Positions 46,691-54,893 of a DNA stretch of 60,102 bases are shown in pieces. The translations under genes and the position numbers were made by a program. The stretch is from Rhodanobacter sp. (GTDB taxonomy: Bacteria > Pseudomonadota > Gammaproteobacteria > Xanthomonadales > Rhodanobacteraceae). The notes under the pieces were generated by a model that saw only the letters and a program-made list of their open reading frames with translations, was not told where the DNA came from and did not search any database. Within the stretch, counting starts at the first letter, position 1. Each line of letters starts with the position of its first letter. The stretch is from contig JBDTKM010000345.1 of assembly GCA_039935315.1 (NCBI GenBank), positions 1 to 60,102 on the forward strand. Reading direction: 5' to 3'.

Positions 46691-48175
46691 CTACTGCGTT
46701 GGCGCCGACTGCAGATCGGGACTGTCCAGGTCCAACGCGGTCGACTGCAGCAGCACGGCCTTGGGGTGTCCCTGGCGGATTGTCGTGGCGAACTGCGCGG
46801 CATCGCCCACCACCACCACATGATTGGCATCGGCATCCAGATGCTTGCGTGCGTACTTCTCGATCTGTTTCGGTGTGACCGCCTGCACCTGCGCGATGTA
46901 CTTGCCGATCCCGTCCAGCTTCAGGCCATAGATCGCCAGCTCGGCGACCTGATCGGCCAGGCCGGCCGTGGTTTCCAGACTGCGGCCGTAGCTGCCGATC
47001 AGGGTCGCCTTGCGGGCGGCCAGCTCGCCGGCGGACACACGCGTGCTGCCGAGCAACTTGAACTGGCCGAGCATCAGGTCGACCACCTGCGGCGCTGACG
47101 GGTTCTTGGTCTGCGCCGAGGCCAGCCAGATGCCGGCGTCGCCCAGTGATTGCAGCCGACTGGTGGCGCCGTAGGAGAGGCCACGCTTGATCCGGATTTC
47201 CTCATTCAGACGCGCCGAGTACGAGCCACCGAGCACCGCGTTGGCGACGGTACCGATGTAGTAGTCGTCATCGTGGCGCGACGGCGCGGCGTGCGCCGCC
47301 ACCACGCCAGCCTGGCCCGCACCGTGCTGGTCGATCAGCAGGATCGCCGGCAACTTGCTGGCCGTGCCGCCGGCCGGGCGTGGCGCCAGCGCCGAGGTCG
47401 GCTTCTGCCAGTCGCCGAAACTGGCCTGGGCCAACTGCCCGGCCTGCGCCGGAGTGATATCGCCGGTGAGGATCAGGATGGCATTGTCCGGGCGGTACAG
47501 CGCGCTGTGCAGCTCCTGCACGCTGGCGCGCGTGATGCGCCCGATCGAATCCGGGGTGCCGCTGCGCGAGTGGCCGTACGCGCCTTCGCCGAACACGCCG
47601 CGGCTGGCCGCCAGCGAGGCCAGCGCGGTGGGTCGGCTCAGTTGCAAACGCAGGTCGTCGACCGCCTGCGCCTTGGCGCGCTTCAATTCATCGGCGCTGA
47701 AATCCGGCTGGCGCACCACCTCCGCCAACAAGCCCAGGGCCGCGGGCAACTTCGGGGTGGTCACGGTGATGCCGACGGCGCTCTCGTCCCAGCCAGCGGA
47801 GGCATTCAAGCTGCCGCCCAGCGCCTCGGCGGCAGCCGCAATCTGCGGCGCGGTCTGGCCCGCCGCGCCCTTGGTCAGCAGGTTGGCCGTGAGGTCGGTC
47901 AGGCCGGCCAGCTTCGATGGATCCATCTCGCCACCGCGGCGCAGCACCAATTGCGCGGTCACCAGCGGCAGGCCCGCGCGGCGCACGCTGATCACCTCCA
48001 GGCCGTTGGCCAGACGCTGCGCGGTCGGTGTCGGTACGGTCAACTGCGGCGCCGGACCCGGGGCCGGTGGCGTAGTGGGAAAATCGCTCGCCGAAGGGAT
48101 CCCGGCCAGGACGTGGCCGGAGGCAACCAGGGCGGCGGCAAGGATGGCCTTGCGCAGAAAGGTGGTGCGGCTCAT
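46691..48175 (-). CDS. M16B peptidase, non-catalytic subunit
   Basis: M16 fold lacking HxxEH; SARLNEEIRIKRGLSYG (R/Y pair); signal peptide; ATGA overlap with its partner. Confidence 0.88.
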   Translation of the reverse strand: MSRTTFLRKAILAAALVASGHVLAGIPSASDFPTTPPAPGPAPQLTVPTPTAQRLANGLEVISVRRAGLPLVTAQLVLRRGGEMDPSKLAGLTDLTANLLTKGAAGQTAPQIAAAAEALGGSLNASAGWDESAVGITVTTPKLPAALGLLAEVVRQPDFSADELKRAKAQAVDDLRLQLSRPTALASLAASRGVFGEGAYGHSRSGTPDSIGRITRASVQELHSALYRPDNAILILTGDITPAQAGQLAQASFGDWQKPTSALAPRPAGGTASKLPAILLIDQHGAGQAGVVAAHAAPSRHDDDYYIGTVANAVLGGSYSARLNEEIRIKRGLSYGATSRLQSLGDAGIWLASAQTKNPSAPQVVDLMLGQFKLLGSTRVSAGELAARKATLIGSYGRSLETTAGLADQVAELAIYGLKLDGIGKYIAQVQAVTPKQIEKYARKHLDADANHVVVVGDAAQFATTIRQGHPKAVLLQSTALDLDSPDLQSAPTQ

Positions 48176-49566
48176 TTCGCGGCTCCCGTGGCAGCGGCTG
48201 GTGCGGCCTTGGCCTGTGGCAAGTAGTCGATGGTGACCTTCTTGGCGCCGGTGATGTATTTCTGCAGCACGCGGTGCACGTCCTTCGCGCTGACTTTTTG
48301 CAAGGCGGACAGGTCGTCGTTGACGCGTTCCACATTGCCGTCGATCAGGCCCGCCTCGCCCAGCGCGAAGGCGATCCCCTGCGCCGTCTGGCGCTGCTTC
48401 AGGTCGCGGGTCAGCAACTGGGTCTTGACCTTGTCCAGCTCGGCATCCGGAATCGGCTGGCTCGCCAGCCAGACGACCTCCTCGTTCAACAGTTTCTCCG
48501 CCTTGGCGGGCTGGTGGCCGCTGGCGAGGATTGCGTAAACCGTGAACAGGCCCGGCCCGACCCGCGCATCGGCATCGGCGCCGGCCTCCTGGGCGACTTG
48601 GTGGCGATAGACCAGCGACTGATACAGACGCGAGGAATTACCCTGCGACAGCAACGCCGCGGCCACCTCCAGCGGAATGCGGTCAGCACTGTCGGACGCC
48701 GGCGGGATCAACCAGGTGATCGCCACCGCAGGCAGCGGGGCGGTTTCGCTGGTGATCGTGTAGCGCAGGTCCTGCTTGCGCACGGGTTCCTTTGCCGTGA
48801 CCTGCGGGATCGGCGTGGACGGCTTCGGAATCCAGCCGAAGTACTGGTCGACCCACGCGTTCAGCTGCTGCGGGTTGAAGTCGCCGGTGACAATCAAGGT
48901 GGCATTGTCGGGGCGGTAGAACGTGTTGTGGAAATCGATCACGTTCTGCAATGACGCGGCTTCCAGCTCGGGGATGCTGCCGATGGTGGGGCGCTTGTAC
49001 GGATGCACGGTGTAGGAATGCGGGTCGATCGCGTTGAACAGCTTGCCGTACGGATTGGCCAGCACGCTCTGGCGATATTCCTCTTCCACCACCGCGCGTT
49101 CGGACTCGAAGTTCTTCTCGTCGACCTTGAGGCTGGACAGCCGGTCGGCCTCGGCCCACAACAGCGTGCGCAGGTGATTGCTCGGCACGATCTCGAAATA
49201 ATTGGTGACGTCGTCGCCGGTGGAGGCGTTGTTGGCGCCACCCACGTCCTCGGTGAGCCGGTCCATCTCCTCGGCGTGCATGTGCCTGGTGCTCTTGAAC
49301 ATCAGGTGTTCGAACAAGTGGGCGAAGCCGGAACGCCCCTCAGGATCGTCCTTGGAGCCGACGTGGTACCACATCTGCACGGCCACGTTCGGGCTGGCAT
49401 GATCTTGCGCGCTGATCACCTGCAGCCCGTTGGCCAGGGTGCGCTGTTGATACCGGAGGGGCGGGACGACAAGTTCCGCAGAGCGCGCAGGGAGCGAAAT
49501 GGCGCTGACCACGGCGAGCAGGCCGAGGGAAACCATCAAGGTGGCCGAACGCAGGGGCTTGGTCAT
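48172..49566 (-). CDS. M16B zinc peptidase, catalytic subunit
   Basis: GFAHLFEHLMF (HxxEH), ERAVVEEE and FYRPDNA; signal peptide; start set at ATG 49566. Confidence 0.92.
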   Translation of the reverse strand: MTKPLRSATLMVSLGLLAVVSAISLPARSAELVVPPLRYQQRTLANGLQVISAQDHASPNVAVQMWYHVGSKDDPEGRSGFAHLFEHLMFKSTRHMHAEEMDRLTEDVGGANNASTGDDVTNYFEIVPSNHLRTLLWAEADRLSSLKVDEKNFESERAVVEEEYRQSVLANPYGKLFNAIDPHSYTVHPYKRPTIGSIPELEAASLQNVIDFHNTFYRPDNATLIVTGDFNPQQLNAWVDQYFGWIPKPSTPIPQVTAKEPVRKQDLRYTITSETAPLPAVAITWLIPPASDSADRIPLEVAAALLSQGNSSRLYQSLVYRHQVAQEAGADADARVGPGLFTVYAILASGHQPAKAEKLLNEEVVWLASQPIPDAELDKVKTQLLTRDLKQRQTAQGIAFALGEAGLIDGNVERVNDDLSALQKVSAKDVHRVLQKYITGAKKVTIDYLPQAKAAPAAATGAAK

Positions 49567-49645
49567 CCGCAGTCCTTTCCGGTGGAAAACATCAACCATA
49601 GCAAGCCGAGCGCCAATGGCGGAACGCACCATCTGCTTGGATGTT

Positions 49646-49715
49646 TTTACCTGGGTAATATTGACAAACGTTTTAACCCGGATAGAATTCGCCGAACTTA
49701 TTTACCCGGATAGAA
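49646..49715 (+). promoter_or_regulatory. Three repeated quasi-palindromes (ideal form TTTACCCGGGTAAA) around a TTGACA-N16-TAGAAT promoter
   Basis: TTTACCTGGGTAAT (49646), TTAACCCGGATAGAA (49673), TTTACCCGGATAGAA (49701); -35 at 49661-49666 and -10 at 49683-49688. Confidence 0.8.
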
Positions 49716-49717
49716 AG

Positions 49718-50314
49718 ATGTCGCCGTCTCGTACCACCTCTTGCATCGCCTTCAATGGACAGCAACGGATCGCGCACGGCGCATTGGCCGACGTCGCGCG
49801 CGTGGCGAAACAGGCGCTGGACGCGGGCACCGCGGGACCCTTGCTGGTGTTCGATGAGCATGACAGCTACCCGATCGAGATCGATTTTCGTGGCAGCGTC
49901 GATGATGTACTGGCACGCCTCGCGCCCGACCCTGCGCCAGCCGAGCCGCCCCGACGCGGACCAGGCCGTCCAAGGCTCGGTGTCGTGCCGCGCGAAGTCA
50001 CCCTGTTGCCGCGACACTGGGACTGGCTGGGCCAGCAACCCGAAGGTGCATCAGCGGTGTTGCGACGGCTGGTCGAGCAGTCCATCCGCCATGGCGGTGC
50101 GAAGCAGCGCGTACGGCAGGCGCTGGAGTCGGTCGACCGCTTCATGCGCGTGATGGCAGGCGACGAGTCTGGCTACGAGGAAGCTTCACGCGCATTCTAT
50201 CGAGGCGACCGCGAACGCTTCGCCACGCTGACCGCCACGTGGCCAACGGATGTTCGCGAACACTTGCGGCAGTTGGCCGCCGTTGCCTGGGATGAACGCG
50301 ACGACGCCGGCTGA
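49718..50314 (+). CDS. DUF2239 family protein, putative DNA-binding regulator
   Basis: CIAFNGQQRIAHG, LLVFD, IDFRGS and RGPGRPRLGVVPREVTLLPRHWDWL..QP.GASAVLRRLVE; start set at ATG 49718. Confidence 0.85.
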   Translation: MSPSRTTSCIAFNGQQRIAHGALADVARVAKQALDAGTAGPLLVFDEHDSYPIEIDFRGSVDDVLARLAPDPAPAEPPRRGPGRPRLGVVPREVTLLPRHWDWLGQQPEGASAVLRRLVEQSIRHGGAKQRVRQALESVDRFMRVMAGDESGYEEASRAFYRGDRERFATLTATWPTDVREHLRQLAAVAWDERDDAG

Positions 50315-50387
50315 GTCCGGCAGCTCGCTCCATGCCGCGTCACTGCACCACACCCTATTTACCGTCCGACCACGCGGAACTCGATCG

Positions 50388-51677
50388 ATGACGCCCACGC
50401 CCCGCCGCGACTCTGTCTTCGCCAATCACAACTTTCGTCTGCTGTTTGGCGGCAGCACGATCTCGATGCTGGGCGATCAGTTCACCCTGGTGGCGTTGCC
50501 GTGGCTGGTGTTGAAGCTCACCGGAAGCCCTGCCGCTCTGGGTTTGGTCCTCGCCACAATGGCCCTGCCGCGCGCCCTGTTCATGTTGATCGGTGGGGCG
50601 GTGGTGGATCGGCTGTCGCCGCGCCGCGTACTGATCGCGGCGCGCGGCGTCAACGCGCTGCTGGTTGCGCTGCTCGCCGTGCTGGTGTTGCTGGGCGACA
50701 TACGGATGGCGCTGGTCTACGCGATCGCGCTGGGCATCGGTCTGTCCACCGCGTTTGCCTATCCGGCCGGCTCGGCGATCCTGCCGCAGCTGGTATCGAA
50801 GGAGCAATTGCAACCCGCCAACGCGCTGGTGATGGGCATGCGCCAGCTCAGCATGTTCGTTGGCCCGGCATTGGCCGGCGTGGTGATCAGCCTCGGCGCA
50901 CATGGCACTCCGGCGCACGCCGTGCAGGATGCCAGCGGACTCGGGCTCGCCTTCAGCATCGACGCGATCAGCTTCGCGTTCTCGCTCGCCTCGCTGGTAC
51001 TTATCCGCATCCACAGCGACTTCCAGCCCCGGCCAGTCGTCGGCAGCGTGCTGTCCAACGTGGCCAGTGGCGTACGCATGATCTGGGCCGACCTGCCGCT
51101 GCGCGCGTTCATGCTTTATGCGGCGGTGGTCTCCGTGTTCGTCGGCGGTCCGCTGCAGGTGGGCCTGCCGGTGCTGGCCGACACGCGGATGGATCTGGGC
51201 GCTGCTTCGCTGGGCATCCTGATGACCGCCAACGGCGGCGGCATGCTGCTGGGCAGTTTTCTGTCCGGCATCGTGAGCCGCTCCGTCCGCGGCCGCCTTG
51301 GTTTGATGGTGCTCAGCATCGACAGCCTGGTCGGGCTGGCCCTTGCCACGCTGGCACTGGTGCACTCCACGCTCACCGGCGCTGTATTGCTGGCCGGCAC
51401 CGGCGTACTCGGCGGCATCGTGCAGATCGCCATCGTCACCTGGATTCAGCGCCGCGTGGCGCCGGAGATGATGGGCCGCACCATGAGCGTGTTGATGTTC
51501 ACGTTCATGGGTCTGGGCCCGATCTCGGCAGCCGTCGCCGGCAGCCTGCTGAACGTGATTTCGCTGACCTCGCTGTTCGCCGGTGCCGGCTTGCTGTTGA
51601 CCGCCATCGCGCTGAGCTGCATGCGCAGCCCCGCGTTGCGCAGCATCGGCGCGGCGCGGGTGGAAGCACCCGGCTGA
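50388..51677 (+). CDS. MFS exporter (DHA3/EntS-like)
   Basis: NFRLLFGG..ISMLGDQF, GGAVVDRLSPRR and IQRRVAPEMMGR; about 12 TM helices; start set at ATG 50388. Confidence 0.88.
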   Translation: MTPTPRRDSVFANHNFRLLFGGSTISMLGDQFTLVALPWLVLKLTGSPAALGLVLATMALPRALFMLIGGAVVDRLSPRRVLIAARGVNALLVALLAVLVLLGDIRMALVYAIALGIGLSTAFAYPAGSAILPQLVSKEQLQPANALVMGMRQLSMFVGPALAGVVISLGAHGTPAHAVQDASGLGLAFSIDAISFAFSLASLVLIRIHSDFQPRPVVGSVLSNVASGVRMIWADLPLRAFMLYAAVVSVFVGGPLQVGLPVLADTRMDLGAASLGILMTANGGGMLLGSFLSGIVSRSVRGRLGLMVLSIDSLVGLALATLALVHSTLTGAVLLAGTGVLGGIVQIAIVTWIQRRVAPEMMGRTMSVLMFTFMGLGPISAAVAGSLLNVISLTSLFAGAGLLLTAIALSCMRSPALRSIGAARVEAPG

Positions 51678-51723
51678 GATACCGCCGCCGCACGTCCGAC
51701 GCGGTGGCCTGGGGCAGGATGCG

Positions 51724-51773
51724 TTGCATCACACCACGCGGCACGATATCGTGCACTGCAAATGCAATGCACG
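51724..51773 (+). promoter_or_regulatory. TA promoter/operator: TTGCAT-N17-TATCGT with overlapping palindromes
   Basis: Perfect GCACGATATCGTGC (51741-51754) and near-perfect CGTGCACTGCA-AA-TGCAATGCACG (51750-51773) just before the GAGG RBS. Confidence 0.6.
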
Positions 51774-51784
51774 AGGATTCTGCC

Positions 51785-52057
51785 ATGAAAACTGCTTCCA
51801 TCCCTTCGCTTCGGGTAGAGCCAGCCTTGCGGCAAGCCGCCGAAGCGGTGTTGCAAGAAGGCGAAAGTCTGTCGAGTTTTCTGGAGACCTCGCTGCGTGC
51901 CCAGGTGGCCGCGCGCCAGTTGCAGCAGGCCTTCATCGCACGCGGACTGGCCTCACGCGACGATGCGCGCCGCACCGGTATTTACCATTCGGCCGACGAC
52001 GTCCTGCAGGGGCTGCGAGACCAGCTGCGTCATGCGGTTCATGAGAATCGCGGGTGA
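51785..52057 (+). CDS. YlcI/YnfO-family RHH-like antitoxin
   Basis: MKTASIPSLRVEPALRQAAEAVLQEGESLSSFLE...FIARGLAS, 90 aa (tail of the spurious 518-aa ORF); GTGA overlap with the toxin. Confidence 0.85.
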   Translation: MKTASIPSLRVEPALRQAAEAVLQEGESLSSFLETSLRAQVAARQLQQAFIARGLASRDDARRTGIYHSADDVLQGLRDQLRHAVHENRG

Positions 52058-52353
52058 CCTGGCGGGTCCGCTACACCGGCGCCGCACGCGACGATCTGCA
52101 GCGGCTATTCGACTTTCTGCTATCGAAGGACCCCGCCGCCGCCAAACGCGCGATCACCATCATCGGCAAGGGCATGACCTTGCTGCGCGAATTTCCCTTC
52201 ACTTGTCGCAAGGCCGACCCCGCCAATCCGTTCCTGCGCGAGCTGTTGATCTCCTTTGGCGCTGCCGGCTATGTAGCGTTGTTCGAGATCGAGGATGGCG
52301 AGACCGTCACCATCCTTGCCGTGCGTCATCAACGCGAGTCGGATTACCACTGA
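52054..52353 (+). CDS. RelE/ParE-family type II toxin
   Basis: VRYTGAARDDL, LRELLISFGAAGYVALF and ILAVRHQRE. Confidence 0.9.
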   Translation: MTWRVRYTGAARDDLQRLFDFLLSKDPAAAKRAITIIGKGMTLLREFPFTCRKADPANPFLRELLISFGAAGYVALFEIEDGETVTILAVRHQRESDYH

Positions 52354-52461
52354 GGGTCATCCACGGGATTGTTGCCCCTGATGCTGGTGTACGACATGAC
52401 CCAGCCGCGACTCAGCGCAAGAGCGAAACGCTGTATTCGCACCAACGCGCGAAACAGCCGC

Positions 52462-53004
52462 TCAATCCAGCGGCGCCGCCATCACCAGGTTGTCGACCGG
52501 ATAGCCACGCTCGGCGGCGCGGTCGCGAAGCCGCTTGAACAACGCCGCGTTCATCGACGGCGTACGCGAAAGCACCCACAAATATTTGTGGCTGGGGCCG
52601 CCCACCACTGCCCACTGGTAACCCGGGTCCAGCTCGACCACCCAATAGTCAGCCCACACCCATGGCAACCAGGCGAAAACACGCGGCGCAAAACGCACCT
52701 TCAGTGCGCCCGGCTGAGCCGGCACGGGTTTGGCTACGCCATCGGAGGCGTCCATCTTGCCGCGCTTCGTGCGGCAGGCGTTGTGCACGCCAATCGTGCC
52801 ATCGGGCTTGATCGTGTAGGTGGCGGTGATCTGGTCCACGCATTGACGCTGGAAGAACATTGGCAAATGCGCGATCTCGTGCCATTGCCCGGCGTAGCGC
52901 TGCAGGTCGAGTGAGGTGACGGGCGCGTTGGCGACGGCGGCGCCTGCCGGGGCGGTCGCCAGGATCGCGGCGGTGAACGTGGAGATCATGGCGCGACGGA
53001 GCAT
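52462..53004 (-). CDS. Bacterial lipocalin (Blc-like), Sec signal without lipobox
   Basis: LDLQRYAGQWHEIA, ADYWVVELDPGY and YLWVLSRTP; start set at ATG 53004. Confidence 0.9.
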   Translation of the reverse strand: MLRRAMISTFTAAILATAPAGAAVANAPVTSLDLQRYAGQWHEIAHLPMFFQRQCVDQITATYTIKPDGTIGVHNACRTKRGKMDASDGVAKPVPAQPGALKVRFAPRVFAWLPWVWADYWVVELDPGYQWAVVGGPSHKYLWVLSRTPSMNAALFKRLRDRAAERGYPVDNLVMAAPLD

Positions 53005-53229
53005 GGTCGGTTCTCCCAATGGGTATGGCCACCATGAAGGGGGCATCGTGGGTGGACAGTGAACGCGCGGCATTCCCGCCATGCGCTCGATCGCGTGCGC
53101 GGGCCAGGGTCGTCGGATGAACGGAGAGATGTCAACGCGGCGAGCACATTGGCGTCACGGATTTCCCACCATGGCGCGGCTATAAAGTTGTGGTCTGCGA
53201 TGACGCAGTCGAAAACCCGGAGAACAGGC

Positions 53230-53421
53230 GTGGACAAGAATCGTACCGAAGGCACCAAACACGAAGTCAAGGGCGCCATCAAAGAGGGCGTAGGCAAAGT
53301 CACCGGTAATGTGGGCAAGCAGGTCGCTGGCAATATCGAAAAGAACGCCGGCAAGATTCAGAAAGAAGTCGGCAAGGCCGCCGACAGACAGCGTGACGAA
53401 GAAAAGAAGCGCCGCCCGTAA
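53230..53421 (+). CDS. CsbD-family stress protein
   Basis: MDKNRTEGTKHEVKGAIKEGVGKVTGN; GGAG RBS before GTG 53230. Confidence 0.85.
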   Translation: MDKNRTEGTKHEVKGAIKEGVGKVTGNVGKQVAGNIEKNAGKIQKEVGKAADRQRDEEKKRRP

Positions 53422-53447
53422 GCGGGGGTTCGCAACACGCTGTACGA

Positions 53448-53481
53448 AAGGGCCGCGCATCGCATGCGCGGCCCTTCCTTT
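53448..53481 (+). terminator. Stem-loop after csbD, probable terminator
   Basis: 13-bp perfect stem AAGGGCCGCGCAT/ATGCGCGGCCCTT, 3-nt loop, followed by CCTTT. Confidence 0.65.
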
Positions 53482-53550
53482 GTCGGCTACTCATTCCCCT
53501 GCTGCGGTGTAACAGGCTGCGATGCGGTTGCGCCATCCATGCTCGACAAC

Positions 53551-54837
53551 ATGTCCAGGGCTCGCATTGTCTTTGCCACCGTAGGGTCACTCGGTGACCT
53601 GTTCCCGTTTCTGGCGGTGGGACAGGAGCTGCGCCAGCGCGGTCACCAAGTCACCATCGCTACGCACACGATCCATCAGGTTGCGGTGGAACAAGCCGGA
53701 CTGGTCTTCGTCGACGCCAGTGGCATGGCCGAGCAGGAGGATCGCCACGCGTTCACCGCCGAGGCATTTCATCCATGGCGCGGCCCGCGTTTCGTGGTGC
53801 ACGACTTTGCCGCGCTGGATGTGCGCGCCAGCTACGACAAGCTGCGGCCCATCTGCGCCAATGCCGATGTGTTGGTCAGCAGCACGCTCGCGTTCGCCGC
53901 GCAGATCCTCGGCGAGCAAGGCAGCGCAAATGGCCGGTTGCGCTGGCTGTCGGCGGTACTGGCGCCGGCCGGCTTTCTTTCGGCCAGCGATCCACCGGCT
54001 ACCGGCGTCGGTTGGCTTGATACGTTTGTGCGCCGATCTCCACGGCGCGGGCGCGGGCTGGCACAAATCGCGCGACGCATCACCCGCCCGTGGACGGCAC
54101 CGGTGCGCGCCCTTCGACGGGAGCTTGGGTTGCCGGAACAATCACCCTTGGGTGACCCGTTCCATCGTGGCCAACACGCACCGCAACGTGTATTGGCCTT
54201 GTTCTCGCCGCTGTTCGGCACACCGCAGCCGGACTGGCCACCCCACACCGTCATCACCGGCACTGCACGTTATGCTCAGCCGCCTACGCCGGACCCCGCC
54301 TTGCTCGCCTTCCTCGACGCTGGCACGGCACCGCTGGTATTCACGCTGGGCTCCACCGCCGTGCATGTCGGCGCACGCTTTCTGCGCGAAAGCGCCACGG
54401 CGAGCCGACAACTGGGCCAACGTGCGGTGCTGCTGACCGGTTCGCCGGATATGCGCGCCAAACTGCCCGCCGACCTGCCCGCCACCATCCACTGCGTGGA
54501 CTACGCCGTGCACGCGGAGCTGTTCGCGCGTGCGTCGGTGATCGTCCATCACGGTGGTATCGGCACCAGCGGCGAAGCGCTGCGCGCCGGTCGGCCGATG
54601 CTGGTGGTGCCGCACGGCTTCGATCAGCCTGACAATGCGGCCCGACTCAAGAGGCTTGGTGTGGCGGCAATCCTGCCGGCAAGGCGTTATCGGGCAGATC
54701 GTGCCGTGGAATTACTCCAGCGACTGCTGCATGAGCCGAGCTATCGACAGCCGGCCGAACAGGCCATGCTTGCCATGCTCAGCGAGGATGGTGCCAGGAT
54801 CGGTGCCGACGCCATCGAGGGCGCTCTGCGCGAATAG
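53551..54837 (+). CDS. GT1-family glycosyltransferase (RhlB-like)
   Basis: ATVGSLGDLFP, LVFTLGS, VHHGGIGT and PHGFDQPDNA; start 53551 or 53539. Confidence 0.88.
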   Translation: MSRARIVFATVGSLGDLFPFLAVGQELRQRGHQVTIATHTIHQVAVEQAGLVFVDASGMAEQEDRHAFTAEAFHPWRGPRFVVHDFAALDVRASYDKLRPICANADVLVSSTLAFAAQILGEQGSANGRLRWLSAVLAPAGFLSASDPPATGVGWLDTFVRRSPRRGRGLAQIARRITRPWTAPVRALRRELGLPEQSPLGDPFHRGQHAPQRVLALFSPLFGTPQPDWPPHTVITGTARYAQPPTPDPALLAFLDAGTAPLVFTLGSTAVHVGARFLRESATASRQLGQRAVLLTGSPDMRAKLPADLPATIHCVDYAVHAELFARASVIVHHGGIGTSGEALRAGRPMLVVPHGFDQPDNAARLKRLGVAAILPARRYRADRAVELLQRLLHEPSYRQPAEQAMLAMLSEDGARIGADAIEGALRE

Positions 54838-54893
54838 GTCGGGCGATCCATCGCGCTGATGATGTCACTCGCCGTCGCGTGGGAAGGCGCTAT

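Noticed and set aside
49646-49715. Possible mini-CRISPR or iteron array
   Set aside because: Repeats are about 14 bp with about 13-bp gaps; no cas or rep gene; the geometry fits operators on a promoter.
50501-52057. 518-aa ORF overlapping the MFS gene
   Set aside because: Only the last 90 aa (from ATG 51785, with RBS) is a recognisable antitoxin; the rest is an off-frame overlap.
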